From Laetmonice hystrix (taxonomy: Eukaryota), in contig OZ249436.1 of the NCBI GenBank assembly GCA_965235115.1, positions 55,492,001 through 55,556,000 on the forward strand: 64,000 nucleotides of DNA. The letters are read 5' to 3'. A program made the translations under genes and the position numbers. This document shows positions 28,101 through 40,907 of the stretch, in pieces (the stretch's first letter is position 1; every line of letters starts with the position of its first letter). The notes beneath the pieces were generated by a model. That model was not told the origin of the DNA. It saw only the letters and a list, made by a program, of their open reading frames with translations, and did not search any database.

Positions 28101-31100
28101 TTGCGTAACCCGTCGATCATCCCCAACCGGGGAGACTCTACAACCCCACATACTTAATACATTAATCATATAAAATGGTAAGAGATAAATATATATATAA
28201 CACTTATAAATGATATATTAATATACTATAATATAATATAATATATAACAAGTATAAATAACATACTATTATATATAACTGTATTAACATACTAATAATA
28301 TATAAAGACAACTGATAATACAATATAGATATATGGAGATACACTGGCCAAAATTCCATGGGTATAACTTATAGTCATGCCTTATTAGGTGGAGACAACA
28401 AGGCCCACAAAGTCCTAGACCACGAGTTCCCTCCCACACCCACCCTCTATAACCCCACACAGAAACCCGGTAGTTGATGTTGTTTTGCACGCTTGTAATT
28501 GTGCCTTGATATTATACATGTATTTGTAAGAGGCAATTTGCATTGAAGTTATACCGTATAAGTTATCCAAGAAGCAACTGTTCATGCGTCAAAAAGGACT
28601 ATCATAAATTATGTGCAATCACATTATTCTGCAACACTACCCAAATTTCGAGGGACATCAATTCTAACCAACACCATATGCATATTGACCGTTTTCAAAA
28701 GATTCTGTCCAAGGATGATCATAAAACACGAAATTGTCCATGCGACGCTAGTGCGATTCTGAATTTAAGGATGATCCCACTTCGACTGGAACTGCGGGGA
28801 CATACTGGTGCGAAGTAAATTTCTACTTATGAAATACAAATCTCACGGACGTCGCACGAACATTTTGGCTCTTGGAACAAATTCAATTTCCGGTCAAGTC
28901 ACACTTCATTTCCGTTTCATTAGGCAAAATGCTTTTCATCGTTTATATTGGCGAAAACTTGTTTATGATTAAGGTTATCTTGATGGCACCCAATATCTTT
29001 AAGTGACGGGTCCTCAGGTGGCTTTAACAGACCATAACAGAAGAATCTCCTGGCCTTTTCTATTCAACATAGAACACGGCTCATCAATCACTTTTTGGTT
29101 GATTAGAGTCTTTTATTAGGTGCGGACCCCGGACGACGGTCTATATACGGATTGATTTTCTAACTGATATAATAGAACCGTTCTTAGAACTAGCAATGCC
29201 TGTTAGTAGATAAAGAACCGTTCTTAGAACTAGCAATGCCTGTTAGTAGATATAGGACTGTTCTTAGAACTAGCAATGCCTGTTAGTAGATATAGAACTG
29301 TTCTTAGAACTAGCAATGTCTGTTAGTAGATATAGAACTGTTCTTAGAACTAGCAATGTCTGTTAGTAGATATAAAACCGTTCTTAGAACTAGCAATGCC
29401 TGTTAGTAGATAATAGAACCGTTCTTAGAACTAGCAATGCCTGTTAGTAGATATAGGACTGTTCTTAGAACTAGCAATGCCTGTTAGTAGATATAGGACT
29501 GTTCTTAGAACTAGCAATGCATGTTAGTAGATATAGGACTGTTCTTAGAACTAGCAATGCCTGTTAGTAGATATAGAACTGTTCTTAGAACTAGCAATGC
29601 CTGTTAGTAGATATAGAACTGTTCCATCCGGAGGTGTACAGGGGTGGCGAGTTCGGCTCCTACTTTTGGAGATGAATGTTGTCAAGCCGTTTACGGCTGC
29701 AACCCAATCACATTAAAGAATTGTAAAAAATATTCGCCAACAAACTTCCCCTGCCCCCGACCCTTATGAGATAAAGATTTACAATTATATCCGTTGGCGA
29801 CGCACAGCTCAATCACAGGGTCTGACCGACGCCGTCTTTGAATCGATTGTTTTATTTATCTATTCACTTTAATCTGTGTTATCTATGGACGGAATCCTCA
29901 GGGGTTAAAGCACAGATAACAAGTGCGTAATATATACATGTGGTCCTCCATTTCATCACATATATTGGTGAGAATAAAGCGCTGGTGAATTCTCCCACGT
30001 TTTCTGTGTTGCAGTGATGAATTAAGCGCACCACATATAACGAGCACCATTTCATCTAACAATGTATGCCATATGTATATATGCATGGAGTCCCAATTGC
30101 TGGAGAACTGTTGATGAAGGGATGACAAGGAATGTTATTGCACGCCATACAGACACAAAGATCCGTGAACAATAGGACCCAGTATTGCCTGTATAACACG
30201 TTTTCTGGTGCCTCCGCTTCTATTCGGAACTAAACATCAGCACGGCGCTCACGTAGATTTGTTAGATTGCTGCCAATGGACAGACCGTTGTCTGTCGTTC
30301 ATACTTTAGATAAAGATAACAATGGGGTAATACTAAAGACAAGCATGACTATAATGTAACTTTTAAATCCTCGGGTAGGTAATTTAGGAGCAGAATAGAC
30401 AGTTGCTCGTGCCTTCGCACAGTAATCCAAAGTATTGGACTAAACGTCCAGCTGTCTTATCGGGGTTCCTATTCAGTTAGACATATACTTATTACTTCTC
30501 GAGACTACATCCTTATATACAATCATTCCGTAGTAGAAAGTGTCGCCGCATACAACCAACAACAGGGCTCTACATGTACGAGTGCCCTTTGCAAATACAT
30601 TTTGAGGTATTGCTTGAGCGTCAAAAGAGTAGTGACAGGAAGACAATAAAAAAAGTAGTCAGAAAATTGCTGTAAGACGAGAGATGAATATTTTGTAGAT
30701 GCAGACAAAATCAGCCATCTCTTCTCTCCATTGATCATTACTAAAAAGGAAACACAAATCACAGCAATCTTCTTTGAAAACAAATGTGCGTCGCTTTTCA
30801 AAAACGCCGAAGCCGAACGTGTATTGGTGTGGTGCATTGTTCTTTGGTTCGTGCACAGCCGTCCTACAACAGTGTAATATATAAATTATGCCAATGGATA
30901 AGCAAGATGATTCCGTTGCCATATGCTACACACGTAGACTGTGGTCTGCTGTCGTCGATCACCGTCCTTTTTGTTCTTCGTGTTTTTACATCAGACATTC
31001 CGAAGAACATGTACGTAGGCCTATACAATTCGTCTGGGCTTCCGTGCTGCATGGTCTACAGTCCAACCAGACCACTTACCACTAATACATCACACAACAG

Positions 31101-34100
31101 AATATTTATTCCAAATACAACCTTAGCTAATTCCTCAAGGCTCTGACTCTAATGTATACAAGCGAACCAGTCATACCAAGATCAGAAACTCTCTATTTCT
31201 AGGCCTATTTAAACAATAATTTTGTAGTCGATTATAAAATATAGCAATTGAGGAAGGTTGCCCGCCCAGGTGTCCTCGTTATCTCCGAATTTGTATCTCC
31301 CTGATAAATGGATCTACGTTGAAGCTATAGCAGGCCCCTACAATAAATCGAATGGCCTTGGAATTTGTAAAATTGGTAAAATTTGCCTATAATCAGAGTT
31401 CATACAACTTTAGACTAATAAAATTCCAGGATATTTCAAGGAAATTTGACACATTTTCCAGGACGTTATTTTAATAACTAAACTTCTTTAGGCCTATTGG
31501 CTGTTAAATATGATTCTATCAGAACAAAAATATCAGCATGTCTAATGCTCGGGCCACTTCGGGGTATTTTTCACTTTGTTCCCCCTGCCCTCAGAACCTA
31601 GAACTTTTGAGATTATTTGAGAAATATTAGCAAGATGGCGTCGTTAGTTATAATCTGAAGGGATTTCATGTTTTGTAATGAGTCAGAAAGGCTTTTCCAG
31701 AACATTTCAGCATTGTTCCAGGAGAACTAGTGTTTTTTCAGGAGATTTCAGGTCTGAAACTGAAAATTCCAGGACTTTCCAGGATTTTCCAGGACGCGTG
31801 CGAATCCTGCCTAGTGTATCGCCGGCTTTAGGCCTAGTCCCCCCCCCCCACCAAATGATAGCTTTGTTGTTGGATGACAAAAGGAAAAGGATACGCCCAT
31901 CTTGATTACCCTTTCAACGGCCATTCACTTTCTCATAGCAGAATTTCGTGTGAGCTAAATTGACATGGATCCGTTACGAGCCCTTCAAAGAGCAACAAGT
32001 CATAAATCTGTCAAGGCGATAGGTGCTGACAAGAAAGCAATATTGGCAGATATATAGGGGAAACAGTACTGTTGCACGAGGCTCCAGGTAAATAGACCGG
32101 GCATTGGAGGATTCCCACAGGAAATGTAAATCTGTGAAACGGATTCCTTCACTGAAACAGCCGAGAAAACGGCGCCAGTCACACGTCATCAAGTCACTGC
32201 TGCATGCGCATGCGCATTCGCTTGTAGGCGCTGTAACCAATGAAGAACCATCATTCTGGAACATCCGTCATTTAAACAATGACGTACTTCTCCCGGGTGT
32301 TTGCCGTGTGACAGTATGCCAATCACGTAATGAGGTCACTCATCAGAACAGGTGTGGCCTTACTTTATTTGGCATCATTTCTTAACCGTACAACTTCCAC
32401 TTGACATTAACGTTGCAACTAACGGTTGAAGTATCCGCATTCAATGCAATGTTTTCATATTTTGTCTCACATTTCCATGGCAGGTCTTTGATTTTGACAA
32501 TTTCGGTGAACATTACAGTATTATTTTCTTTCAAACTACTGTATGGAGAATCTGACATTTACTCAGGCTAAAGTTCGAACCCAACGAAGACAGCGTTGTA
32601 CAAACCAAGCAGCATTAATTTTGCCGCCCGTATTAAGGGAATTCAAAAGGAATAATCTCTCCCTTTCGTAACGTTTATTTGTGTGAATTAGTCATTTTTC
32701 TCTCTTTAAGCCTTACTTTCCAAATATATCTCATGACTAACATTTCAGAGTCGCTGCTGGCGGCAGATAGCGCCCATAAGCGCCCCCTCCCCCCTCCCCA
32801 AAAAAAACCCGGCGAAATATTGATCATTGATACGCGCATGATTTCATTCCAGACGCTATTTACCGCTACGTAATTTGCTTGTTTTCCTGGTATACTATGG
32901 AAAACAATGTAAACGCCCACGGTTCGGAGAGAAAAACTGTACTGCTGTAGCGGTATTAGCAGCAATCATTGCGAATTGCCACGCACCCATTGTAAATTGG
33001 AGTGGCAGGGCTGGGGCTACAGCTGGCCATTTAACCGATTCGGAGCAGTTCAATCGGAGCTAGCAAGGCTTCGAGTTTGACAATTTAAATAACTGCAGCA
33101 ATGCTGATTATGACAACTGCTGGACAAAAATAACAAAAGCCATCGTCAGATCTTCATCTGAGTAAATTCGCCTTTTAATAGAGCGTGACGCCAAAGAGGA
33201 CCGAAAGGCCCTGAAGCCATTGTAGCATTGTATGTCGCTATGTGTTATTCCAGGTCGACTCGGTTTGTTGGTTTGTAATCCTCTTTCTTCATTACCAAAA
33301 ACAAAGTATGTTACATGGTTGTAGGCTGTGGCAGGTGCACGGCAAGAATAACCAGACAAAGATGACAGAGGCTAGAAATGAACGGCCCCACAGATCCACC
33401 CGTAGCTATAACTGGACGTAGCATATAAACTGGGTCAATTTTAGATACCAAGGTTGCATAGATATTTAGATATACATCCGCAATCTTTTGAGCGTCGAAC
33501 TCTTGAAAATTATAGTCACCAGAAAGAATATTCGATTTAAAAAACTCGTATATGATATCGACAAAGTCGTAGTTCGTCTACCACTGAATCCAGACGAGAT
33601 CGGCCTTTGTTTGATCTTTCATTGATCGATGATGATTAGCTTTATTTTGTATGCATCCTGTCTACGGGACCCTTTTTTGTCTGGTCCCAAATGGTCAAGC
33701 TTTGCCTCTGCGCCCAGCTCTGCCACAGGCTGATCGGCCTCACGAAACCCCGCCTGTAGTCGGGGGTGTATTAGTGGCATAAACCTAAGATTTACGTAGA
33801 ATCCAGTCCGGTACCTCAAAGTGGCCATGTCCATAAGGGACACCTTTACTACGCCTGATATGCCCGCTGGCCTACACTGCACGCTTAGTCAGTTTAATCA
33901 AACACGGCAGATTAACCATTTCTATCATACTTCGTAATATATAATAGATAATATAATACGTTACATTCGCAAATTAATATCCCTGCCATTTACAGCCATT
34001 AAACCCTGATCATACACGCGCAATACAACATTATATCTGACAAAGGATTTCTCGTCTAGCTGAAAACATAATTAATGTCAGATGTATGTAATATACGTCA

Positions 34101-37100
34101 TTTGAATACCCTGCATCAATCCAAACTCAACCGTAAACCTTAAAGGAAAAGTGCAGTCAAAAATCAGATTTGGACTGCTGCAAGGCCTCTATATATACTC
34201 ACCTTTAAGAGTAGTGGTTGGAAATAAATGTCCCCCCATTCCAAGAAGTTATATGTCGAACATGACAACCGTGTCAAAATCACTGGCTTCAGCGGCGCAG
34301 CCATTTGTGCCCATCTTTGCATCTATTGAGCATGCGCTGAATTGATCAGTTGAGGCTGGGGTTGTCGGGGCTAGGCTAGACTATAGGCTAAATTAAGGCG
34401 GCCGAGGCAGGTGGGCGAATCGATGGGGGTCACAACTAAACGCAACAGGTCTGTGTTGACACCTCCCGTGATCTCATGCAGTGCCCGGTCGTAGTCAGAG
34501 TGGGGCCCGTGCCCAATGCAGGGCTGAGCTCCGTCAACATCACACCTCCGAGCAGGCGGCCGAAACCCACGGCTGCCCGTGTCCACCCTGATATATCTAT
34601 ACACCCTGATATCGGTAGGCTTAATTCCTCGCTATTCCTCATCACTATCGATGGTTTTCGTCTACGTTCTAACAAATATGGCTTATAAGCTGTCAACCTT
34701 CGCTACCTTCCCAATCGCTCAACGCAGTGCGTCAGTTTTTAGTTCCTCCCAAACTGGAGAGCAGTCGTGCTGTGATTGGTCAGGCCTAGGTTGAGATTAG
34801 CCCAAAGAGCAGACGCTAATGGCGGCCTCCACCAGCTGGGCAGGCTCTAAGCCGGCTCCGACACTAAAGTGCTTATATCGTAACTATTTGAGCACCAATT
34901 GTGTTCAAATCTTTTTTAACTTGCTTAGAATATCACGGCCTGTGTGCCTGGCCTGTACAAACTGGAGATTTTCTTTTCTTTTAATGGGTCCTCATCCCAG
35001 GTCATTCATTCAAAGACATACAGAGGATGAACTCCTTTGACACACATGAACCTCTTTGACACACATGAACTAATTTGAATCACAACCTTGCCACACAGTC
35101 CTTGGGCAATACTGTGTATGAAGGGGTTATTTCTAGGTAACTTGGCTGATCTGTCCGGGGGATGGCAAATCACCCTCTCCTGAGAAAAGAGGGGAACCCC
35201 TAAAGAGAAAGAGGAAAATACAGGAATTAAAGAATATGACTCGCATACACATGTAAGCTATCGAAACAAAATCAACATGTTGAATATTCAAAGGTGTGAA
35301 GGGGAATTGATCCACACCTCAGTGATCCTTTCTTGCGTTTCCATTCCTCACAGATCCGTACCCGACCTTCGACAGCAATGGGCGACTAACTGATGAACAG
35401 CGCCTCCTAGCGTCCCTGATGGTTGACTACGACCGCCACACTCGGCCCGTCATGAACGCCTCGCACACGGTCAAGGTGAAACTTGGGATCACGCTCAACC
35501 AGATATTTGACGTGGTACGTAGCGTCTCTCAACCTGAATGAGAATCGGTCGTAGAAATATGCACCGAGAACCGTCACGCCCAACTATACAGGCCTATATA
35601 TATACACATTTCCGGTTTCAAAGCCCCAACGTTGGCCGTAACATAATCCAAGATAAAACGGGAAATGCGCTTAATGACATTTCGTATTGATATGTCGATC
35701 CTTGTTTTACATAAAGTAGTTCACAAAATGTCAGCACGTAGGCCCTTTTCTTTACCTTTAGAGCGTGCCAGTAGGGGTATCATGTTTCTGTTATTCACAA
35801 CGAAATGATTAGCGCCTAATCAACAGTTTCCATTGTATTTTTACATCCATTGTAAATAAAAGTAGTAGCTAATTATTGTAAGGGCCGGGCTGTCGTTTAT
35901 GACGTTTCATAGCGACCAATCTATAATCTTTCCCATTTATTAAAGGAAAGTATTAAACTCAAATATTAGGTAGGTCCTATCATTTATTTGATCACAACGT
36001 GCCGGTAACGTTACAATCTCTTCTTTGAGTCGAAGCAATTTGACAGCCTATCTCAACAACCAAAACTACTTTACAAATGCGGCCAATGTCGATCGAGTTT
36101 TTTTTTGCAAGGAAGTGAGAACGGGAGAACATTTAAAATTATTTTCATTGCTTTCCTGATGTGATTCTGCTTTAACAAAACTGTGACGAGAAGAGACAAT
36201 TTGAAATGATCCAGTATTGTTTGAGATTAACAATGGGTAATGATCGCTTTATAATTTCTCTCTGCAATACATGACACCCACAGATGTTTCTTATTGCTCC
36301 GATAACCCAACGTGACAGCTCGGTTTAGAATCTCCTTTTACCACGCTTTGATTTTGTTTCATTTCCTAGCTGAACAAATAGGACCAGGAAATGTGATCTC
36401 ATAGAAAAGGACAGTTTTTAGAGAAAAATATAGAAAACAAAAATGAGATCTTTGAAACAACAACTTAGTAGGCCTATGAAATGTGTACATTTATATTTGC
36501 AATGTTTAGCGAGAGATTTCGAGATCCTCTGAACGCGTCTGACGTCAGAGTAATTACGTTCTGACGTCATAGTAATGACATCATCTTTGTACTCCACACA
36601 TTGTCTCTTGTAGGACGAGCGTAACCAGATGCTGACGTCACATGTTTGGCTAGATCAGGTAAATGCTACTTGTGTGGATACTCTATGTTTTTTCGCCACT
36701 TCTTTCTTAAGATTTCATAGTTTCTTCTTTGTAGGAAGAGAAGAACCAGGTGTTGACAACCCATATATGGCTCGATCAGGTAACTGGGCGTTGCAATCTT
36801 TTACCATACCTCCCTGCGCATACCTTTGACAGGTGTAAGAGAACGCGCAAGCTCTTGTTTCAAAAACAGACATAGCTGATTCGTAAAGTTGTCTTATTTA
36901 GAATTGTCATTTGAAGGATGTAGCGGAGAGCATAAGAGGTAATCTTTGTAGATGAATCACCTTACAGCTACACGGTGATCAAGTTAATTAGACAGCTTCA
37001 CTTCATTATTCATTCTTAGCAGTTTATGCTTGCCAGTCAGCATGATAAAATACCAAACTCTTTGTTCTATAATGTCACTGTGTCTTCGAGCATTTCGTAA

Positions 37101-39925
37101 TAAATGTATAAAGAATTAGTTCTGTGTTATTGGAGGTGATCTTTCCTTTAAGGTGTACCTTCCTGGTGTTCTTTTCCCACGTTTTAATGCACGCTTTTGA
37201 TTTGTAACAGTCAGATTTGTGTCGTGAAAATTGCATACCTCATCTAGCCCTATTCAATATTTTAGTGTATACTTTTAAACTCTTCTATATGACAATTACA
37301 TGTTGCTACTATGCATGATCTGCCTGCGATAAGTCGGTGATAGTGTAGACGTAATGTTTTCTTGGGTCGTGTATCGCCAGGAGTGGCACGATGAGAAGTT
37401 ACAATGGTCGCCGGAAGACTTCAATGGACTGAAAACGTTACGTATACCATGCCATCTCATCTGGAAGCCAGACATCGTTCTCTATAACAGGTGGGCCGAA
37501 AGGTGTGCTTAGGCCAGACTACAGTTTTGTTATACAATGAAATTTACCCCCCCCCCCCAAGCCGCAGGAATTTAAGGTTACATAACTTAAAAGGGAATAG
37601 AAAAGTTCAAACTATCAATATAAGGGTGTTCAACATGAACAAGCTTGTTCTTACCTACAATTCTGTGATTATCTGATCTTTAATAAAGGAATAATTAACC
37701 GAAATGTAGGTGGGATGAAAACTAGGTGGGCCTAGGTTTTTCAAACAAGGCAGGATATCAAGTACTTATTAGGGTGATTCGTATTCTTACATTGCAGCGC
37801 TGACGAATACAGTCAAGGCTACATGCCGGCGTTAGCAATGGTTTCCAGCGATGGTCACGTGTTCTGGCCACCCATTGCCAAGCTCCGCAGCACCTGTAAG
37901 ATCGACATCACTTACTTCCCGTTCGACGACCAAATGTGTTTCCTCAAACTGGGATCCTGGGCGTATGACGGATTTCAAGTGGACGTCTTAAAGCGGGATA
38001 AGCCAATTGACCTGACGAATTACGTTAGCAACGGCGAATGGGAACTACTCAACGTGAAAGTTGTGCGCAACGTTCAAGTGTACTCATGTTGCCCGGAGCC
38101 TTACCCGGACGTGACGTTTTCTCTACACATGCGCAGGCGGACCCTCTATTACACGTACAATGTGATCATTCCTTGTATCATGCTGTCCTGCCTGACGGTG
38201 CTCGGGTTCTGGATGCCACCCGAGGGAGGAGAGAAAGTGGCACTGGGGCTGACGGTACTGCTGGCCTACTCTGTGTTCATGCTGCTTATCGCCGAAAACA
38301 TGCCAGCCACCTCGTACTACGTCCCCCTTATAGGTAAGATACACTGACCTTGGACTTTGACCTTATCACGTGATTATTTAGAGTCTCACCCAAGGAGCTT
38401 TTGGGTCTATAAGACGTAGAAATTAAGCCGATTCTATACTTCAACTTGCACTGACTAGGCCTAGCACGTTTTCCTGCAAAAATCAAAGTTGAAACGAAAA
38501 AACCCCATCAATTTCTCTGCACAGAAATTGTTAGGGGTTAGGGGTCCTACATACGCAACGAAAACATGACCACTGTTAAAAGGGGAGATTCCTATTATTT
38601 CTAGGCCGTTCCTGTTAACTGCTTTCAATAAAAGTCATTCGGTTTTCACAGTAGGCCTATGTCCCTTTAAGTAAGCATTCAATCCTTCAGATTGGCCATA
38701 AAAACGTGGTGACTCCGTGGACAGATCTGTTGTCAAAGTGCCACATTGCATGATACAAATGGTTTGCAGAGTTTGCAGAAAGGCACAGGCCCATCTTATT
38801 GTTTAATTTCCTCCTATGTTTTGTCAGAAGCGAAGCTTGATTCGTGGCAGTGCTTACACAGAGGTGCAAAGTACAACAAAAAGACATTAACAAGTCCATT
38901 TTCCTGTCGTTTCTGACATTAATATTTTTATAATGGCGAGAAAAGACATTAGTTATTCGTGCAACGTACAACAGATGGGAGGCTTAACTTTACACAATGA
39001 AAACGAGATTTTCCTGAATGTTTCCCCATCTCTTGATAGTGTTTCAGGTGTTTCCTTTTTCACGTCACCCTTATACCTGATACGTGTGTCCCGTTTCAGG
39101 TGTTTCCGTTTTTACATCACCCTTATACCTGATACATTTGTCCCGTTTCAGGTGTTTCCGTTTTTACATCACCCTTATACCTGATACATTTGTCCCGTTT
39201 CAGGTGTTTCCATTTTAACGTGTTTCCGTTTTCACGTCACCCTAATACCTGACACGTTTGTTTCAGGTGTTTATATTATCGTCGACATGGGCCTGAGCAG
39301 CCTCTCCGTCATGTTTTCTGTAGCCGTCTCCTACATGCACCACCAGAGCTTCATGGGACGTGAGGTGCCCTCGTATTTACGTCGATTTGCGGGCGTTCTG
39401 AACAGATGGTTAATGATCCAGCCGCGGGGAAAAGGAAGCCGAGACTGCAAAGCGCCATCTACAACTGAAACTACCCCGGATCTAAAAACGCCGTTGAGGG
39501 ATTCAATGAGCAGTATCAACGGCTCCTTCACACACGATGCCGAGATTTTAGACACTTTCACGTGCAGCAGCGAAGTTGTGGCCAATACGCGTGCGCTTGC
39601 GCATGGTAGCTCCGCGACCACGCATGCGCATTCACGGTCCGTTGATGCTGGACTTTCAAAGGAGGCAAAAGAGGTACCGTCGACGAAAAATCGTAGGAAA
39701 TCGGATCGCAGGTTGTACAATGATGAATTGATAAAGAGGCTGGATGGATTGCTGGCCAGGCAGGAGGAGGTTATGAAATCGAAGAACAGCGAGACCAACC
39801 GGGAATGGCAGGAGGTGGCGGAAGTCATTGATCGTTCGCTGTTCTGGGTTTACGCGGTGGTAACCTTTGTGACGACAGTCGTCATTCTTGTTCTGGTACC
39901 CCTGGGAAAGACCGTCCACATGTGA
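14666..39925 (+). CDS. Nicotinic acetylcholine receptor alpha subunit (alpha9/alpha10-like), 6 coding exons, 532 aa: join(14666..14753,35354..35514,36614..36658,37381..37490,37798..38333,39267..39925)
   Basis: The exons join in frame through GT-AG introns (88+161+45+110+536+659=1599 nt). Motifs: RPV..., DERNQML, WKPDIVLYN, Cys-loop CKIDITYFPFDDQMC, loop B WAYD, loop C YSCCPEPY (vicinal Cys marks an alpha subunit), M1-M4, M2 preceded by GEK, and EWQEVAEVIDR before M4. Confidence 0.93.
16670..16975. mobile_element. Degenerate MITE-like repeat with TTCAGATTACC/GGTAATCTGAA inverted motifs and GGGTTA-like tracts
   Basis: Repeated inverted motifs with G/C runs. Boundaries are approximate. Confidence 0.45.
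19787..20308 (+). mobile_element. Kolobok-like non-autonomous element family A, copy 2 (in nAChR intron 1)
   Basis: TTAA|AGGAATCATGTCAC...GTGCCATGATTCCT|TTAA. Confidence 0.82.
21730..21842. repeat. (GTT/GTTTTT)n simple repeat
   Basis: Direct reading. Confidence 0.9.
25160..25300 (-). repeat. Dispersed repeat, inverted homologue of 41940-42085
   Basis: Shared TCCTTTAATCTCAAAATCACAGTAAAATAA...GATGTCAAAAT..CATGGACGTCG in opposite orientation. Confidence 0.75.
25715..26250. mobile_element. Foldback MITE-like element built of GGACATCTGCCCC subrepeats (inverted on the right side) with a GGGTTA-like tract
   Basis: Left arm has GGACATCTGCCCC repeats and right arm has GGGGCAGATGTCC repeats. Confidence 0.6.
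29172..29624. repeat. 40-bp minisatellite (ATAGAACCGTTCTTAGAACTAGCAATGCCTGTTAGTAGAT), ~11 copies
   Basis: Direct reading. Confidence 0.95.
31394..31809. mobile_element. hAT-like MITE (CAG...CTG ends, TTCCAGGA subterminal repeats)
   Basis: CAGAGTTCATAC / GTGCGAATCCTG imperfect TIR and repeated TTCCAGGA. The 8-bp TSD is only partly conserved. Confidence 0.55.
35354..35514 (+). CDS. nAChR exon 2 (DPYPTFDSNGRLTDEQRLLASLMVDYDRHTRPVMNASHTVKVKLGITLNQIFDV)
   Basis: Polypyrimidine tract and CAG acceptor, donor GTG|GTACGT, typical N-terminal helix and RPV motif. Confidence 0.93.
36614..36658 (+). CDS. nAChR exon 3 (DERNQMLTSHVWLDQ), 45 nt
   Basis: TAG acceptor and CAG|GTAAAT donor. A 45-nt exon is typical of nAChR genes, and the loop D Trp is present. 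Confidence 0.95.
37381..37490 (+). CDS. nAChR exon 4 (EWHDEKLQWSPEDFNGLKTLRIPCHLIWKPDIVLYN), 110 nt
   Basis: CAG acceptor, AG|GTGGGC donor, loop A WKPDIVLYN motif. Confidence 0.96.
37798..38333 (+). CDS. nAChR exon 5 (Cys-loop, loops B/C, M1, M2, M2-M3 linker)
   Basis: Covered by ORF 37823..38347. TTGCAG acceptor and ATAG|GTAAGA donor, ending at VPLIG. Confidence 0.97.
39041..39272 (+). repeat. 52-bp tandem repeat containing copies of the exon 6 splice acceptor (GTTTCAG|GTGTTT)
   Basis: AG ends at 39047, 39099, 39151, 39203 and 39266. Confidence 0.9.
39267..39925 (+). CDS. nAChR exon 6 (M3, cytoplasmic loop, M4, stop)
   Basis: TTTCAG acceptor gives GVYIIVDMGLSSLSV... in frame with ORF 39287..39925. 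It contains EWQEVAEVIDRSLFWVY followed by a hydrophobic M4. Confidence 0.95.
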
Positions 39926-40907
39926 CAACCAGCTCTCGCCATGTGCCTCCTTCTGCAAGCCAAGATTAACCCAGTTGAGGCAATCTTACAACCCTTGTGG
40001 GACCTCCTGCTTACAGTGTAGATCAGCTTGCATCCTGCTTCACAGAACTTCTTCCTGTATGTAAGCTAACGGGTTAGTTATCCACATAGATTTAGCGAGT
40101 CATTAGGAATATGGTGTGAACAAGGTGACTTTTTGTCACTTTAGTTTTAAAGTTGTTTGAAAGCCGACCATTTGTATATTTACTGAAGCCATCTATAATT
40201 TACCTTACGTGGACGCCATAGAGAGACAGCCACTGCGTTTAGGGTAGATCTTATAAGAGACTATACAAACTTAAATGTCATGATGGCACTCTGAAGTCCT
40301 ACAATACATGCGCGTTGATGTCCTTTGATGTCAACAAGTCCCTCCGATGACGGTGTATCTGATGTTAGAAGTCGTCAATATGACAGTATTGAATTTTAAC
40401 AAATTCAATTTTTGAATTTGTGGTTGCTACAGTTAACTGGTATATTTTGTTGACGAAGTATATAAGTGTAAGATTGTAAGTTATCCCAGGTGTGCATACA
40501 CCCGATCCCAGGTGTGCATACACCTGTGTTGTATTTCTTCTTTGTCGTGTATATTTATATTTAAATACTCTTTGCGACCTAGACGTGCAGCTGGGAGTCC
40601 CATCTGATTTTACATGGTCTCGAAGTTGTTCGTATATTGCTTAGAAGATTAATAATGGATTGACAGCAGTCAGTGAAGACACCTGTGATTACAATTACTG
40701 GTCCCACATACAATTACAATTAGTGTCCCAATGTGTAGGTGTGATACTGAAACATATCCGTCTAATGGCGAATGCATGGTGCTGATTACGAGAGTAAAAT
40801 GTTATCATTTCAACCATGGGTGCATGGAAGAGATAATATCCATAGAAATTCTAGTTTAATCAGCTTCTTACACGTTCAACTTATCCTCGGAGACAGATAG
40901 GGTCCTG

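Noticed and set aside
39331..39958. Antisense ORFs of 165 aa and 100 aa
   Set aside because: They are shadows of nAChR exon 6 with no independent motifs.
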